DNA of 64,000 nt from Bacillota bacterium (lineage in GTDB: Bacteria > Bacillota > Clostridia > Christensenellales > SZUA-584). A program made the position numbers and the translations under genes. The notes under the pieces were generated by a model. The model saw only the letters and a program-made list of their open reading frames with translations. It was not told the origin of the DNA and ran no database searches. Positions 17,460-29,482 of this stretch are shown one piece after another. The stretch is from NCBI GenBank assembly GCA_023415915.1, contig JAEZIZ010000083.1, positions 23,329 to 87,328 on the forward strand, read 5' to 3'. Position 1 is the first letter of the stretch; every line of letters starts with the position of its first letter.

Positions 17460-18551
17460 TTAAGGGCCGCTTATCTCTATAACGCGGCTTATAGCTTGTG
17501 CAACATACTTAGTTGAATTTATCGCCTGCTGAAGCGAATTGGCGTTGTGCCCCACCTCTATAAGCAGGCACATGTCGGATACCTGTTGATTGTATCTGCC
17601 CGTTTTAACGCGTATCGGGCGGGTAAAGCCTTCTTTTATGTTTTCCAGTTCGTTCGTCACAGCGAGCGCCAGCTTGTAGTTAGACTCGAAGTAGGGCTTT
17701 CCGTCGAAACCAACTCCCGTGTAGCCCTTGCCCGTTCCCACGACGAACATAACCCTCGCGCATTCTTCGCCGTTTATTGTCACATAATCCTTTTCGTTCT
17801 TTCCCGAATCCCTGTGAACGTCAATATATACCTTGAGCCCGGGATACTGTACGGCATATTTTTTCATCGTTTCCAGCGACTTTGAATACGCGGACTTTAA
17901 GCCCTCGCTCATATGGTCCGTTACATCGTGCAGAACCGAATAGCCGTATCCTTCAAGCGCCGCTTTCAATGCGTCTCCGACTGCCGCGACAGAATTTAAC
18001 TGATCCTTTGTATACCATTTCCCCGCTTCGACATATTCGCCGCCCAGTATCTGCCGGTACGCCTCTTCCAAATGCGTATGGTAAATAAGAATATGAGGAC
18101 CACCAGCGCCCACATAGAAAGACTTTGGCTCTTTGGAGTACTTTATTATCTCCATCCTTATTTCGTCGGTGGCAATGTTGAAGTCTATCTCCGTATTAAC
18201 AAGGCCGTGCTGCGGCTCAACCGGCTCGGTCTTTTCCACGTCCACGCCGTATATTATAGGCATCTCCTGTGAAAGTATAAACTTGATAGCGTCTATGTTT
18301 GCATATACGTCGTCCGAACCCGAAGCATCCGGCCGGCCGCCGTCGTACGCAAGAATATTGTCCGCTTTATTTGATACGACCGCACGCATCACAAAAATGA
18401 CCGACAACATAAGCATAACCAATATGGCCGCATAAAGGGCGGCTTTAATATGTGTATCTTGGCTACGCTTCAGCGGATATCTTTTAAATACGGGGTCCCC
18501 AAAAAGTCGCGAGGCTTTTTGGGGTGTGTGTCGTTTGTATGTGTACATCAT
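17460..18551 (-). CDS. spoIIP: Stage II sporulation protein P
   Basis: ILIYHTHLEEAY and YIDVHRDS motifs, an N-terminal TM helix, and position directly downstream of gpr as in Bacillus. AAGGAG lies 8 nt before the ATG at 18551. Confidence 0.85.
   Translation of the reverse strand: MMYTYKRHTPQKASRLFGDPVFKRYPLKRSQDTHIKAALYAAILVMLMLSVIFVMRAVVSNKADNILAYDGGRPDASGSDDVYANIDAIKFILSQEMPIIYGVDVEKTEPVEPQHGLVNTEIDFNIATDEIRMEIIKYSKEPKSFYVGAGGPHILIYHTHLEEAYRQILGGEYVEAGKWYTKDQLNSVAAVGDALKAALEGYGYSVLHDVTDHMSEGLKSAYSKSLETMKKYAVQYPGLKVYIDVHRDSGKNEKDYVTINGEECARVMFVVGTGKGYTGVGFDGKPYFESNYKLALAVTNELENIKEGFTRPIRVKTGRYNQQVSDMCLLIEVGHNANSLQQAINSTKYVAQAISRVIEISGP
18492..18526. repeat. Palindromic hairpin family unit lying inside the spoIIP coding region (codons about 9-20)
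   Basis: GGGGTCCCCAAAAAGTCGCGAGGCTTTTTGGGGTG. Encodes ..TPQKASRLFGDP.. in the cytoplasmic N-terminal tail. Confidence 0.8.
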
Positions 18552-18672
18552 ATTTTCGCTCCTTAAAAAAATCTATGCGGAGCCTTGATGATGTATACAT
18601 ACATAACGCGGCGAAGCTTGCTGCCTTGCAGGTCTTTAGAGTTATTAAGGGCGGCGTTACGTCTTAAAATGC

Positions 18673-19596
18673 CTAATGCATGTATCTTCGCGTTTCTTCC
18701 AGCGTAAGGTTCCTGTGCAGCGCGATGTTGAGCGCGTCGGAAATTATTCGCGCTAAGTCCTCCACCACCTTGTCTATCTCTTTGGGCGTAACTATCATGT
18801 CGGCGCCCTCCACGTCCATCATGCCTTTTAGCAGATCTCTCATCCTCGCCTGTATCCTCGTATCCTCCGGCGTTTTTGCCATAGCCGCTTCCAGCAGATC
18901 GTTGGCGACGGTGGAAGCATACACTACGAGCGGCACTCCCAAGGCCAGCACGGGTACGCCCAGAGTCTCGCGGTCGAGCGCTTTTCGCTTGTTGCCAATG
19001 CCCGCGCCCGGCGCTATGCCGCTATCGCCCAGCTGCAATGTCGTGCGTACGCGATCGATGCTCCTCGATGCGAGCGAGTCAATGGCTATTACGAGCGAAG
19101 GTTTAATATGATCGACTACGCCCTTTATTATCTCGCCCGTTTCAATGCCTGTGACGCCCAGCACTCCGGGCGATATTGCGCATACGTTGCCCATGCGCTC
19201 GTCGACGCCTTCGGGCACGTATTCGTGTATATGCCTTGTCACAAAAACCATATCGCAAACGACCGGCCCTAAAGAGTCGGGCGTCACCATGTGGTTGCCA
19301 AGGCCCACTACGAGCGTGACGCCGTTTAACGCGTCTCCCGCCATCGCCTTTATCTCTTCCGCCAACGCTTTGGAACAGGTCTCGTCTATCGTAACGTCTC
19401 CGTGAGCGAGTTCTTTTGTTTCAAGCGTAACATATGTGCCCATCTTTTTTCCCAGCGCCTGCTCTCCCTCGGGCGTCGATACGATTACCTTTGTCTTTCT
19501 GATGCCCTGAATGACCTCGTTTATTACGTTTACACCCGGTATCTGCTGCTGGCCGTAAGCTTCGGTAGCCTCCATTGCCAAGTCTGTTCTTATCAT
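18673..19596 (-). CDS. gpr: Germination protease (GPR endopeptidase)
   Basis: N-terminal MIRTDLAMEA, about 300 aa, adjacent to spoIIP. Confidence 0.85.
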   Translation of the reverse strand: MIRTDLAMEATEAYGQQQIPGVNVINEVIQGIRKTKVIVSTPEGEQALGKKMGTYVTLETKELAHGDVTIDETCSKALAEEIKAMAGDALNGVTLVVGLGNHMVTPDSLGPVVCDMVFVTRHIHEYVPEGVDERMGNVCAISPGVLGVTGIETGEIIKGVVDHIKPSLVIAIDSLASRSIDRVRTTLQLGDSGIAPGAGIGNKRKALDRETLGVPVLALGVPLVVYASTVANDLLEAAMAKTPEDTRIQARMRDLLKGMMDVEGADMIVTPKEIDKVVEDLARIISDALNIALHRNLTLEETRRYMH

Positions 19597-19652
19597 AGCG
19601 TTCCTCCTTTAAAATCATGGTAATAGTATTTGCAGGCGGCGGGCAAAAAACG

Positions 19653-19679
19653 CAAAAAAAAGAAAGCGTTAAAGCTTTC
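19653..19679 (-). terminator. Intrinsic terminator ending the pyr operon
   Basis: Minus-sense GAAAGCTTTAACGCTTTCTTTTTTTT, 17 nt after the pyrE stop. Confidence 0.75.
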
Positions 19680-19695
19680 ATAGAGACGAAAAATG

Positions 19696-20265
19696 TTACT
19701 TTAGGTTCCTGCTGCCCGGTTTTACCACCGGAGTGCCGGCAGCGCACATCGGGCAGTCTTCCGGCTCGTAAGACGTTATTTCCATGCTCAGCACCGCCTC
19801 GAACGGAACGCCGAAATCCACTTTACCGTTAGAGCGGTCAACTACGCAGCCCACGCCCGCGACCTCAGCCCCACAGGAGCGGATAAGCTCGATCACTTCC
19901 CTTACCGAACCTCCCGTTGTGACCACGTCTTCGACGACGAGCACCCTGGCGTGCTCGGGAACGCTGAAGCCGCGCCGCAGCGTCATCACGCCGTTCTCGC
20001 GCTCCGCGAAGATATTGGGAACGTTAAGCTGCCTTGCCACTTCGTACGCCAGTATTATGCCGCCTATAGCCGGGCCGGCTACCAGGCTTACGCCTTCAAA
20101 CCTTACCGCAAGCTCTTTCGCTATTCTTTCGGACATATCGGGATACTGGAACAGCCTTGCACACTGCATGTATCTATCCGAATGACGGCCCGACGTAAGC
20201 AGGAAATGCCCTTCGAGCATCACGCCCGTTTCGCGCAGTATATGAAGCGCTTCTTCTTTTTTCAT
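19696..20265 (-). CDS. pyrE: Orotate phosphoribosyltransferase
   Basis: [17 protein letters not shown]-binding motif, 189 aa, within the pyr operon. Confidence 0.9.
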   Translation of the reverse strand: MKKEEALHILRETGVMLEGHFLLTSGRHSDRYMQCARLFQYPDMSERIAKELAVRFEGVSLVAGPAIGGIILAYEVARQLNVPNIFAERENGVMTLRRGFSVPEHARVLVVEDVVTTGGSVREVIELIRSCGAEVAGVGCVVDRSNGKVDFGVPFEAVLSMEITSYEPEDCPMCAAGTPVVKPGSRNLK

Positions 20266-20266
20266 A

Positions 20267-21178
20267 TCATACCTCCAGCGCGCCCGTAAGCGCGGAAATT
20301 TTGTCTGTATTCGTCTGCGCGGCGTAAGATTCCAGTTCGGATATTATGCGTACAGGAGCTTCGGGGTCCGCAATACCCGCGGTACCTACCATAACCGCTG
20401 TCGCTCCGCACAGCATGAACTCCACTGCGTCCTCTCCCGTCATTATGCCGCCCATGCCTATAACGGGTATGTCCACCGCGCGCGATACGTCGTATACCAT
20501 CTTAAGCGCGACGGGCTTGATGCACGGCCCCGAGAGCCCGCCCGTGATATTGCCGAGTATCGGGCGTCTTGACTTCGCGTCCACTGCCATAGCGGGCAGC
20601 GTATTAATAAGCGATACCGCGTCCGCGCCCGAGCGCTCCGCTGCCCTTGCTATGCGGGCGACGTCTCCCGCCGCAGGCGTCAGCTTTACAATGAGCGGCT
20701 TTTTTGAAACCTTTTTTGCTTCCTTTACGCACCGCGCCGCCAGAACTTCATCGGTACCCAGCGCTGCACCGCCCAACGCTACGTTGGGGCAGGAAATGTT
20801 GAGCTCGAACATGTCTATCCGCGTATCGTTGAGCCTTTCGATAACGTATGCGTAGTCTTCTGCGCACTTGCCCGCTACGTTAGCTATGATAATGGTATCA
20901 AGCGTCTCCACAAACCTATATTCTTTTTCGAGGAATCCGTCCACGCCGGGGTTTTGCAGGCCAACGCTGTTGACTATGCCCGACGCCGTCTCGGCTATCC
21001 TAGGCGGCTTGTTGCCTATGCGCTGTTCGGGCGTTATCGATTTGAGCGCAATGCCGCCAAGGCGGCTTACGTCTATAAACCACGAGTGCTGTCTGCCAAA
21101 AGCGAACGTACCCGAAGCGGCGATAACCGGGTTTTTGAGAATTTTACCACACAGCTCAACAGTCATATCCGCAGCCAT
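20267..21178 (-). CDS. pyrD: Dihydroorotate dehydrogenase 1B, catalytic subunit
   Basis: [10 protein letters not shown] and SCPN motifs. Start set to the ATG at 21178, overlapping the pyrK stop (ATGA) and preceded by GAGGTGG. Confidence 0.9.
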   Translation of the reverse strand: MAADMTVELCGKILKNPVIAASGTFAFGRQHSWFIDVSRLGGIALKSITPEQRIGNKPPRIAETASGIVNSVGLQNPGVDGFLEKEYRFVETLDTIIIANVAGKCAEDYAYVIERLNDTRIDMFELNISCPNVALGGAALGTDEVLAARCVKEAKKVSKKPLIVKLTPAAGDVARIARAAERSGADAVSLINTLPAMAVDAKSRRPILGNITGGLSGPCIKPVALKMVYDVSRAVDIPVIGMGGIMTGEDAVEFMLCGATAVMVGTAGIADPEAPVRIISELESYAAQTNTDKISALTGALEV

Positions 21179-21966
21179 CACAACACCACCTCTCGCAAGT
21201 CGAATACCGGGCCTTCGACGCATACCTTTTTATACTCCAGCCCGCCGCCTGAATTTATACCGCACGTGCATGTGGAGCACGCCCCGAAGCCGCATCCCAT
21301 GCGCTGTTCCATGGACACCTGAGCGGGAACGTTGAACTTTTTAACCACTTCCTGAAGAGCCTTAAGCATCGGTATGGGCCCGCAGGCGAGTATAACGTCG
21401 GGCAAGGCCTCGTTAAGCCGTTTTTCGAGCGCCTGGGTGACGAAGCCCTTGTCTCCCAGCGTGCCGTCGTCCGACGTAACAAATATCTTTGCGCACGATT
21501 CCTTAAAGTCCCAAAGGCAGTATTCGTACTCTTTGCCCCTGTAGCCCAGGAACGCTTCGTAGGTTTTATCGCGCCATTTCTGCACTGCGGAAAGCAGCGG
21601 CGCAATGCCCACGCCGCCGCCCACGAGGAATACGGTTTTATCGCCGCTGTTAAGACTGAAGCCCCTGCCGATGGGCAGTATCGCATCGACGCCGTCGCCC
21701 GCGCGTAGTTCCGAAAAAGCCTTAGTCCCCTTGCCTTTTATCTGGTAGACGAGAGTTACCGTTTGCGCTTTGGCGTCAACGGTACATATGCTGAGCGGCC
21801 GCTTCAGCAGCAGCTCGCCGTGACCGGGTACGGCAAGGTCTGCGAACTGGCCGGGCACGAAATGGTCAAGGTCGGCTCCCTCGCAAAAAAGCCGCATACG
21901 GTATATATTGCTTGCTATCTGTTCGTTTTCCCGGATAACCGCCATTACTTTCTTAAACATCTGCAA
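21178..21966 (-). CDS. pyrK: Dihydroorotate dehydrogenase electron-transfer subunit
   Basis: FAD/NAD-binding fold plus the C-terminal 2Fe-2S motif [11 protein letters not shown]. Confidence 0.9.
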   Translation of the reverse strand: MQMFKKVMAVIRENEQIASNIYRMRLFCEGADLDHFVPGQFADLAVPGHGELLLKRPLSICTVDAKAQTVTLVYQIKGKGTKAFSELRAGDGVDAILPIGRGFSLNSGDKTVFLVGGGVGIAPLLSAVQKWRDKTYEAFLGYRGKEYEYCLWDFKESCAKIFVTSDDGTLGDKGFVTQALEKRLNEALPDVILACGPIPMLKALQEVVKKFNVPAQVSMEQRMGCGFGACSTCTCGINSGGGLEYKKVCVEGPVFDLREVVL

Positions 21967-24900
21967 CCTCCGATATGTCGCCGAGGCTTAACGGCGTTAA
22001 GTCCTTGTCGGTTTTGCCGAGCTTTAAGCTGTAAAGAAGCGCTTTTGCGGTATCAAGAGACGTCATTATCGGTATGCGGTGCTCCACTGCGTAGCGCCGC
22101 AGCTTAAAGCCGTCCCTGTCTGCTCGCCTGCCCTTGGTGGGCGTGTTGACTATCAGCCGAAGGCTGCCGCTGTTTACAAGCTCCGTTATGCCTTTCGGGT
22201 CCATGGACAGCTTAGGAACGGTGTTTGCCGCCACAAAGTTGAAATTCAGTACGTTCGCAGTGCCGGGCGTAGCGTATATGTCGTATCCGAGATAATCGAG
22301 TATCGCGGCGATCGGTATGAGTTCCTGCTTATCGCTGTCCGCGACGGTAAGCAGCGCTTTGCCGGGCTCTTTGGGCAGCGCATACCCCGAAGCGATGAGG
22401 CCTTTTAATAGCGCCTCCGAATAATCGCGCGATATGCCGAGAACCTCCCCCGTGGATTTCATCTCTGGCCCGAGCCCTACTTCCACGTCGGGCAGCTTTT
22501 CAAACGAGAACACCGGCACTTTAATTGCCGTTATGTCGCGCTGCGGATAAAGCCCGGTGCCGTAGCCCATGGCGGAAAGCTTTTCGCCCAGCGACGCCCT
22601 TACCGCAAGCGATATCATAGGCACGCCCGTAACCTTAGATATGTAAGGCACCGTGCGGCTCGAGCGCGGGTTCACTTCAATTACATATATATCGCCGCCC
22701 GATATTACGAACTGTATGTTTACTATGCCGCGCACTTTAAGCGCCACAGCGAGTTTTTTCGTTATGTCAATTATTTCTTCCCGCTGCCTGTCAGTTATCT
22801 TTCTCGCGGGATACACCGATATAGAGTCGCCCGAGTGCACGCCCGCGCGCTCTATATGCTCCATTATGCCGGGTATGAGTATATCCTCACCGTCGCTTAT
22901 TGCGTCCACCTCAAGCTCCAATCCGGTCATGTATTTATCGACCAGCACCGGATGCTCCTGCTCGTACCTGCCTATTATGCGCATGTACTCGCGTATGCCT
23001 TCCTCATCCCACGCTATCTCCATGCCTTGCCCACCGAGCACATAAGAGGGCCTCACGAGCACCGGGTAGCCGAGCTCCGCGGCGGCTTCCGCGGCCTGCT
23101 GTTCGGTAAACACCGTCCTTGCCTTGGGCCTTCTTATACCTAGCTCTTCTAGCAGAGCTTCAAATTCCTTCCTGTCCTCGGCGCGGTTAATGCTCTCAAG
23201 CGGCGTGCCTTTTATGTTATAGCCCATAGACTCTACGTGCTTTGCGAGCTTAATAGCCGTCTGTCCGCCGAATTGCACAATCACACCTTGGGGGCGTTCC
23301 TGCTCCAATACGTTGCCCACTTCTTCGGGCGTAAGCGGCTCGAAGTAAAGGCGGTCGGAAGTGTCGAAGTCGGTGGATACCGTCTCGGGGTTATTGTTTA
23401 TTATTACGGTGTCAAACCCTGCCTGCTTTAGCGCCCATACGCAGTGCACGCTGCAGTAATCGAACTCAATGCCCTGCCCTATGCGTATCGGCCCTGAGCC
23501 CAGCACAACAATATTTTTATGCTTAGGTTCGGGCGCTTCGTTTTCGTCTTCGTATGTGGAGTAGTAATACGGGCTGACGGCGTCGAACTCCGCGCCGCAC
23601 GTATCCACCATTTTAAATTTAGGCAGTATGCCAAAGCTTTTCCTGAGTTTGCGTATCTCCTGCTCCGTAGAGCCCGTCAGCGAGGCTATAGCGTTGTCCG
23701 AAAACCCTATGCGCTTTGCTGCGCGCAGCGTTTCGGGAGAAAGAGCCGACTTGCCCTTCGCGGCAAATTCGCTCTCGACGTCTACGATTGCCTTTATCCT
23801 GTCTAGATACCAATGATCTATGCCGGTAAGCTCATGCAGCCGCTCCGAAGAAATACCGCGCCGCATAGCTGTCGCGACAAGGAATATGCGCTCGTCGTTC
23901 TGCTGCGATATTTCTCCTAGCAGCTCAGAATCGCTGTAGCTTTGCGCGAACGGAAACACAAGCGAATAAAGGCCCAGTTCCAGCGAGCGCACCGCTTTTA
24001 AAAAGGCGCTTTCGAAGTTAGCGCCTATTGCCATAACCTCTCCCGTTGCCTTCATCTTTGTGCCGAGATGCTTGTCGGCCGTGGTGAATTTATCAAAAGG
24101 CCACCTTGGGAATTTAACTACCACGTAATCGAGCGTCGGCTCAAACGCCGCAAAAGTCTTGCCGGTTACTGCGTTCTTTATCTCGTCGAGCCCGTAGCCT
24201 ATCGCTATTTTCGCGGATATCTTTGCTATAGGGTAACCGGTCGCCTTAGAAGCCAACGCCGACGAGCGGCTTACGCGCGGGTTGACTTCTATTACGTAAT
24301 ACTTCATGCTGTTTGTGTCGAGAGCGAACTGTATGTTGCACCCGCCCTTGATATCGAGCGCCGATATTATCTTAAGCGATGCGGAGCGCAGCAATTGGTA
24401 CTCCTTGTCTCGCAGCGTCTGCGACGGCGCAACGACTATGCTGTCGCCGGTATGTATGCCCACCGGGTCTATGTTCTCCATGTTGCATACAGTGATGCAG
24501 TTGCCTTTCGCGTCGCGAAGCACCTCGTATTCTATCTCCTTGTATCCCGCAACGCTTTTCTCTATCAGCACCTGCGACACTCTGCTCGCGCTTATGCCGC
24601 TCTTTACCGTCTCTATAAGCTCGTCTTTGTTGTTCGCTATGCCGCCTCCCGTGCCGCCCAACGTATACGCGGGGCGGATTATCACCGGATAGCCGTGCGC
24701 GCCGGCAAACTCCAGCGCTTCTTCCACCGTGTTCGCAATAACGCTTTCTATTATCGGTTCGCCGATATCGTTCATCAAATCCTTGAAAGCTTCCCTGTCT
24801 TCCGCTTTCTTTATCGAATCGGCGTTAGTGCCCAGCATTCTGACGCCGAACTCTTTAAGCACGCCGCTCTCGTAAAGCTCCATAGCGAGGTTTAATCCCG

Positions 24901-25180
24901 TCTGGCCGCCCAATGTCGCGAGCATGCTGTCGGGCCGCTCTTTTGCTATTATATTTCGTATTACGCCCACGGTAAGCGGCTCTATATACACTATGTCCGC
25001 TATCTCGGTGTCCGTCATTATAGTCGCGGGGTTAGAGTTGACGAGCACTACCGTTATACCCTCTTCTTTCAGCGCGCGGCACGCCTGCGTCCCCGCGTAG
25101 TCGAACTCGGCAGCCTGCCCTATTATTATCGGCCCCGAGCCGATAACAAGCACCTTCTTTATGTCGGCTATTTTAGGCAT
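21953..25180 (-). CDS. carB: Carbamoyl-phosphate synthase large subunit
   Basis: 1075 aa with duplicated ATP-grasp halves. N-terminus [25 protein letters not shown]. Confidence 0.95.
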   Translation of the reverse strand: MPKIADIKKVLVIGSGPIIIGQAAEFDYAGTQACRALKEEGITVVLVNSNPATIMTDTEIADIVYIEPLTVGVIRNIIAKERPDSMLATLGGQTGLNLAMELYESGVLKEFGVRMLGTNADSIKKAEDREAFKDLMNDIGEPIIESVIANTVEEALEFAGAHGYPVIIRPAYTLGGTGGGIANNKDELIETVKSGISASRVSQVLIEKSVAGYKEIEYEVLRDAKGNCITVCNMENIDPVGIHTGDSIVVAPSQTLRDKEYQLLRSASLKIISALDIKGGCNIQFALDTNSMKYYVIEVNPRVSRSSALASKATGYPIAKISAKIAIGYGLDEIKNAVTGKTFAAFEPTLDYVVVKFPRWPFDKFTTADKHLGTKMKATGEVMAIGANFESAFLKAVRSLELGLYSLVFPFAQSYSDSELLGEISQQNDERIFLVATAMRRGISSERLHELTGIDHWYLDRIKAIVDVESEFAAKGKSALSPETLRAAKRIGFSDNAIASLTGSTEQEIRKLRKSFGILPKFKMVDTCGAEFDAVSPYYYSTYEDENEAPEPKHKNIVVLGSGPIRIGQGIEFDYCSVHCVWALKQAGFDTVIINNNPETVSTDFDTSDRLYFEPLTPEEVGNVLEQERPQGVIVQFGGQTAIKLAKHVESMGYNIKGTPLESINRAEDRKEFEALLEELGIRRPKARTVFTEQQAAEAAAELGYPVLVRPSYVLGGQGMEIAWDEEGIREYMRIIGRYEQEHPVLVDKYMTGLELEVDAISDGEDILIPGIMEHIERAGVHSGDSISVYPARKITDRQREEIIDITKKLAVALKVRGIVNIQFVISGGDIYVIEVNPRSSRTVPYISKVTGVPMISLAVRASLGEKLSAMGYGTGLYPQRDITAIKVPVFSFEKLPDVEVGLGPEMKSTGEVLGISRDYSEALLKGLIASGYALPKEPGKALLTVADSDKQELIPIAAILDYLGYDIYATPGTANVLNFNFVAANTVPKLSMDPKGITELVNSGSLRLIVNTPTKGRRADRDGFKLRRYAVEHRIPIMTSLDTAKALLYSLKLGKTDKDLTPLSLGDISEVADV

Positions 25181-26241
25181 GAACGTTTCTCCATCATCTC
25201 GATAAACTCGTCGAACAAATAAGCCGTGTCTTCAGGGCCCGGCGAAGCTTCCGGGTGAAACTGCACGGTAAACATATCAAGCCCTTTGTAGCGAATTCCC
25301 TCTATCGTGCCGTCGTTCCAGTTCTTGTGGCTTACCTCTAAGCCGTCGGGCAGCGTGCTTTCCACGATCGTGTACCCGTGGTTCTGGGAAGTTATATATA
25401 CCCTGTCCTTAATAAGGTCTTTCACCGGATGATTAGCGCCCCTGTGCCCGTACTTAAGCTTTTCGGAGTCGGCGCCCATAGCGAGCGCGAGCAGCTGGTG
25501 CCCGAGGCATATGCCGAATATAGGCAGCTTGCCCGTAAGCTGCTTTAAGTTGGCTATAACCTCTTTGTTGTCTTTGGGGTCGCCCGGGCCGTTTGTAAGC
25601 ATAAGTCCATCAAATCCGCCGGAAAGTATCTCGTCCGCCCCCGTTCTCGCGGGGAAAACAGTCACGGAGCACCCGCGCTTTTCGAGGCTGCGCAGTATAT
25701 TGCGTTTGAGCCCGAAGTCCAGCACGGCAACGTTGAAGCCTTCGCCTCTGCAATACTCGTATTTTTCCTTGCATGTCACCGTATCTACTGGCAGCTTATA
25801 TACGTATGCTTTCATGCTGTTTATCTGCTCGTCGGTAGGCTCCTGCTGCGTTATTATGCCGCGCATCGCGCCTCTTTCGCGTATTATACGCGTAAGCGCG
25901 CGCGTGTCTATGCCGCAAAGCCCGCATATTCCGTTTTCGGCTAAATAGCTGTCAAGGCTGCCTTCGCTGCGCCAGTTGGAGGGGCTGTCGCAGAATTCGC
26001 GTACAATAAAACCGCTTACCTGCGGTTTCGCCGATTCGGGGTCCGTCTCGTTTATGCCGTAATTGCCTATGAGCGGGTAGGTCATCGTTACTATCTGCCC
26101 GCAGTACGACGGGTCCGTCAATACTTCCTGATATCCCGTCATGCCTGTGTTGAAAACCACCTCGCCCGTAACGTCGCATTTCGCGCCAAAGCTCTGGCCT
26201 GTAAACCGCGTGCCGTCTTCCAGTGTAAGTATGGCCATCAA
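25168..26241 (-). CDS. carA: Carbamoyl-phosphate synthase small (glutaminase) subunit
   Basis: GICLGHQLL catalytic Cys motif, 357 aa. Confidence 0.95.
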   Translation of the reverse strand: MMAILTLEDGTRFTGQSFGAKCDVTGEVVFNTGMTGYQEVLTDPSYCGQIVTMTYPLIGNYGINETDPESAKPQVSGFIVREFCDSPSNWRSEGSLDSYLAENGICGLCGIDTRALTRIIRERGAMRGIITQQEPTDEQINSMKAYVYKLPVDTVTCKEKYEYCRGEGFNVAVLDFGLKRNILRSLEKRGCSVTVFPARTGADEILSGGFDGLMLTNGPGDPKDNKEVIANLKQLTGKLPIFGICLGHQLLALAMGADSEKLKYGHRGANHPVKDLIKDRVYITSQNHGYTIVESTLPDGLEVSHKNWNDGTIEGIRYKGLDMFTVQFHPEASPGPEDTAYLFDEFIEMMEKRSCLK

Positions 26242-26256
26242 ATGCTCCTTTCCAGA

Positions 26257-27153
26257 TTATAAATTTATTCCACGCTTTTTTAGAGCGCTTAATATCTCGC
26301 TGTTCATGTCGACAACCGCCTGCCGCGCCGCCTGCGTTGCCGACAGCCCGTCGTATTGCTCCTTTTTATATGCCAGCAGTATGCCGCGCGAAGAATTGAC
26401 TACCGCGCCGAGTCCGTTGCTGTCGAAGCTTGTCGTAATATCGTCCGCGCCCGCGCCTTGCGCGCCATAGCCGGGCACAAGGAAAAACGTATGCTTAAGT
26501 CTTTCTCTTAACTGCTTGGCTTCGGAAGGGTACGTAGCCCCTACGACGGCGCCCACGCTGCTGTAGCCGTGCCTGCCCAAATAGGGCTCGCCCCATTCGG
26601 CGACTTTATCCGCTACCACTTCATACAGCTTTCGCCCGCCCAAGTCCAAGTCCTGAAACTCGCCGCTTGAGGGGTTGGACGTTTTGACAAGCACGAATAT
26701 GCCTTTGCCCGTTTCCCTGCAGTCGTCCAAGAACGGCTGTATGCCGTCAGTACCGAGGTACGGGTTTACGGTTATAAAATGCGCCGCACTGCCCAATATG
26801 TATGCTTCCGAATACGCCGCCGCAGTAGAGCCTATATCGTTTCTCTTTACATCGGCTATTGTAATAAGCCCCGCGGCCTCCGCGTATTCGAGCGTATCGA
26901 GAAAGCACTGCACGCCCGGCGCGCCGTACGCCTCATAGAACGCGGCCTGCACCTTTACGCATGGCACCAGCTCTTTTATTTCGTCTATGAGCTCGCGGTT
27001 GTAGTCGAGTATGCACGCCGCTATCGTCTCATTGCCGGGTTCGGCGGTGCGCGAAAGGTATGCCGACGGCAGGTATTCGTATTTTGTATCAAGCCCTATG
27101 CACGCGGCGCTCCTTTTTGACTTTATCGATTCACAAAGCCTGTCTATTTGCAT
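26257..27153 (-). CDS. pyrF: Orotidine 5'-phosphate decarboxylase (long, type 2 form)
   Basis: 298 aa, DVKRNDIGST motif, within the pyr operon. Confidence 0.85.
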   Translation of the reverse strand: MQIDRLCESIKSKRSAACIGLDTKYEYLPSAYLSRTAEPGNETIAACILDYNRELIDEIKELVPCVKVQAAFYEAYGAPGVQCFLDTLEYAEAAGLITIADVKRNDIGSTAAAYSEAYILGSAAHFITVNPYLGTDGIQPFLDDCRETGKGIFVLVKTSNPSSGEFQDLDLGGRKLYEVVADKVAEWGEPYLGRHGYSSVGAVVGATYPSEAKQLRERLKHTFFLVPGYGAQGAGADDITTSFDSNGLGAVVNSSRGILLAYKKEQYDGLSATQAARQAVVDMNSEILSALKKRGINL

Positions 27154-28415
27154 ATGTGTTCTCCATCATATATGAGCTTTCCGTCCACGATGGTGTGCGT
27201 GACGGCTCCTCTTAACTTTTGCCCCAGAAACGGCGTATTCTTTCCTTTGGAAATGATGTCCTCTTCTCTTAGTATATATTCTCTGCCGAGGTCCGCAACA
27301 GTAATGTCGGCAGACTTGCCTTCTTTTATTACGCCGCCCGGCTTGCCTATTATCCTGGCCGGGTTTACCGAGAACAACCTTGCAAGCGTATCAATATCGT
27401 CGGTTAAGTTCGTTACCGCAAGCGAGAACGCCGTTTCGAAACCCGATATGCCGAATGCCGCGAGCATAAACTCTATGTTCTTTTCGTCTTTGTGGTGCGG
27501 CGCGTGGTCCGTAGCTATCGCGTCTATCGTGCCGTCAAGCAGCCCCTGTTTTATTGCCTCAACGTCGTCTTTCGTGCGCAGCGGCGGGTTGACCTTTGTA
27601 CGCGCGTCGTAGCCCTGGCACATGCTGTCGTCACCCGAGAAGTAATGCGGCGCGGTCTCGCAAGTTACTTTAACGCTTTTAGCTTTTGCGTTTCTGATAA
27701 TCTCTACGCCGCCGCGAGTCGATACATGCTGTATATGAACTCTTAAGCCGTACGCTTCCGCAAGCAGGCAATCCCTTGCTATCATGGCTTCCTCGGCCGC
27801 GCGCGATATGCCGGGCAACCCAAGCACTGTAGAGTAATAGCCTTCGTTCATTACACCGCCGTTTCTTATGTCGAGGCATTCCTCATGCGCCATTATGAAA
27901 GAACCGTATGTAGCGGCGTACTGCATCGCCGTCCTCATCATCGCCCCGTTTTCTATGGGCTTTCCGTCGTCCGAGAACGCCACGCAGCCAAGCGCCATCA
28001 TTTCGCCCATCTCGGTGAGCTCCTTGCCCTTAAGCCCTTTCGTTGCCGCTCCTACCGGGTATATCTTAACGCAGGCCTGCTTTGCCCTGCCCAGCACGTA
28101 AGAAACCGCCGCTGCGTTGTCTATCGGCGGGTCGGTGTTGGCCATGCAGCAAATAGCCGTATACCCGCCCTTTGCGGCAGCCCGCGCGCCCGAGACTATG
28201 TCTTCTTTATACTCCTGGCCCGGCTCACGAAGATGGCAGTGCAGGTCTATAAACCCCGGAAACACAATCTTACCCGAGGCGTCTATCACGGTATCAGCGT
28301 CTCCCAAGTTTTCTCCTATGGCTTTAATCCTGCCGTCCTCTATCAGTATATCGAGCCTGCCCGACTTTTCACCCGCAGGGTTGGCTATATGGCCTCCGCT
28401 TATCTTAATTGACAT
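27144..28415 (-). CDS. pyrC: Dihydroorotase
   Basis: DLHCHLREPG metal-binding motif and DHAPH motif. Confidence 0.9.
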   Translation of the reverse strand: MSIKISGGHIANPAGEKSGRLDILIEDGRIKAIGENLGDADTVIDASGKIVFPGFIDLHCHLREPGQEYKEDIVSGARAAAKGGYTAICCMANTDPPIDNAAAVSYVLGRAKQACVKIYPVGAATKGLKGKELTEMGEMMALGCVAFSDDGKPIENGAMMRTAMQYAATYGSFIMAHEECLDIRNGGVMNEGYYSTVLGLPGISRAAEEAMIARDCLLAEAYGLRVHIQHVSTRGGVEIIRNAKAKSVKVTCETAPHYFSGDDSMCQGYDARTKVNPPLRTKDDVEAIKQGLLDGTIDAIATDHAPHHKDEKNIEFMLAAFGISGFETAFSLAVTNLTDDIDTLARLFSVNPARIIGKPGGVIKEGKSADITVADLGREYILREEDIISKGKNTPFLGQKLRGAVTHTIVDGKLIYDGEHICK

Positions 28416-29337
28416 CGTCTTTCCTCCTGGTAAGCAAGTAAAGCAGCGCCATTCTTACGGCAACCCCGTTAGTAACCTGCGTGGTTATCGCGGAATTATC
28501 TGCGTCCGCCACATCGCTTGAAAGTTCTACTCCCCTGTTTATAGGGCCGGGGTGCATTATAAGCACGTCTTTCTTGCACGCTTTGAGGGTCTGTTCGTTT
28601 AATCCGAAGTAGTTGTGATATTCGCGCACGGACGGCAGCAAAGCGCCCTCCAGCCGTTCTTTTTGTATTCTTAACGCCATTACCACGTCGGCGTCCCTTA
28701 CCGCCTGCTCGACGCTATTCGTTATGCGCGCGCCCGTCTTTTCGATTTCGGGAGGCATCATAGTATTCATGCCGCAAAGCGTAACGTTTGCTCCGAGGGC
28801 TTTTAGGCCCCAAAGGTTGCTTCTCGCTACGCGGCTGTGCGATATGTCGCCTATTATCGAAACGTTAAGGCCGGAAATACTGCCGAACTTCTCTTTCATA
28901 GTAAACATATCCAGAAGCGCCTGCGTCGGGTGCTCGTGCGTGCCGTCGCCCGCGTTTATTACGCTGCCGCTGAAGTTGTCGGCAAGGAACTTGGGCGCGC
29001 CCGACATAGGATGGCGTATAACCACTACGTCCGTTTCCATCGCTTCAATGGTCTTGCCGGTATCGAGCAGCGTTTCGCCCTTGTTGACGCTGCTTGACGA
29101 GACGCCGAGGTTGCTGAACGTAGCGCCTAAGTATTTCGCTGCAAGCTCGAAGCTTAATCTCGTTCTCGTGCTGTTCTCATAGAACAGCGCCACTATGGAT
29201 TTCCCCTGAAGATGGGGCATCTTTTTCGCGTTCTGCATAAGAAGCTGTTTCATGGTCGCGGCGGAATCGAGTATAAGGTTTACCTCGTCCGCATCCATGC
29301 CCTGCAGCCCCAGTAAGTCTTTGGATTTTAACAGCAT
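28405..29337 (-). CDS. pyrB: Aspartate carbamoyltransferase catalytic subunit
   Basis: STRTR and HPTQ motifs, 310 aa. Confidence 0.95.
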   Translation of the reverse strand: MLLKSKDLLGLQGMDADEVNLILDSAATMKQLLMQNAKKMPHLQGKSIVALFYENSTRTRLSFELAAKYLGATFSNLGVSSSSVNKGETLLDTGKTIEAMETDVVVIRHPMSGAPKFLADNFSGSVINAGDGTHEHPTQALLDMFTMKEKFGSISGLNVSIIGDISHSRVARSNLWGLKALGANVTLCGMNTMMPPEIEKTGARITNSVEQAVRDADVVMALRIQKERLEGALLPSVREYHNYFGLNEQTLKACKKDVLIMHPGPINRGVELSSDVADADNSAITTQVTNGVAVRMALLYLLTRRKDDVN

Positions 29338-29364
29338 ATAGTTCTCCGTTTAATATTTTGCTTC

Positions 29365-29479
29365 CACCCCGTCAAGCCTCACGTCTTGCCGGGGACCCCG
29401 GGTTTTCACCCCATCAAGCCTTACGTCTTGCTGGGGACTCCGTATTTACCCCATCAAGCTTTGGCTTAACGGTGACTCC
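29365..29479. repeat. Three tandem units of the palindromic hairpin family in the pyrR-pyrB spacer
   Basis: 29365-29399, 29407-29441, and a degenerate unit at 29448-29479. Period is about 42 bp. Confidence 0.85.
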
Positions 29480-29482
29480 TAT

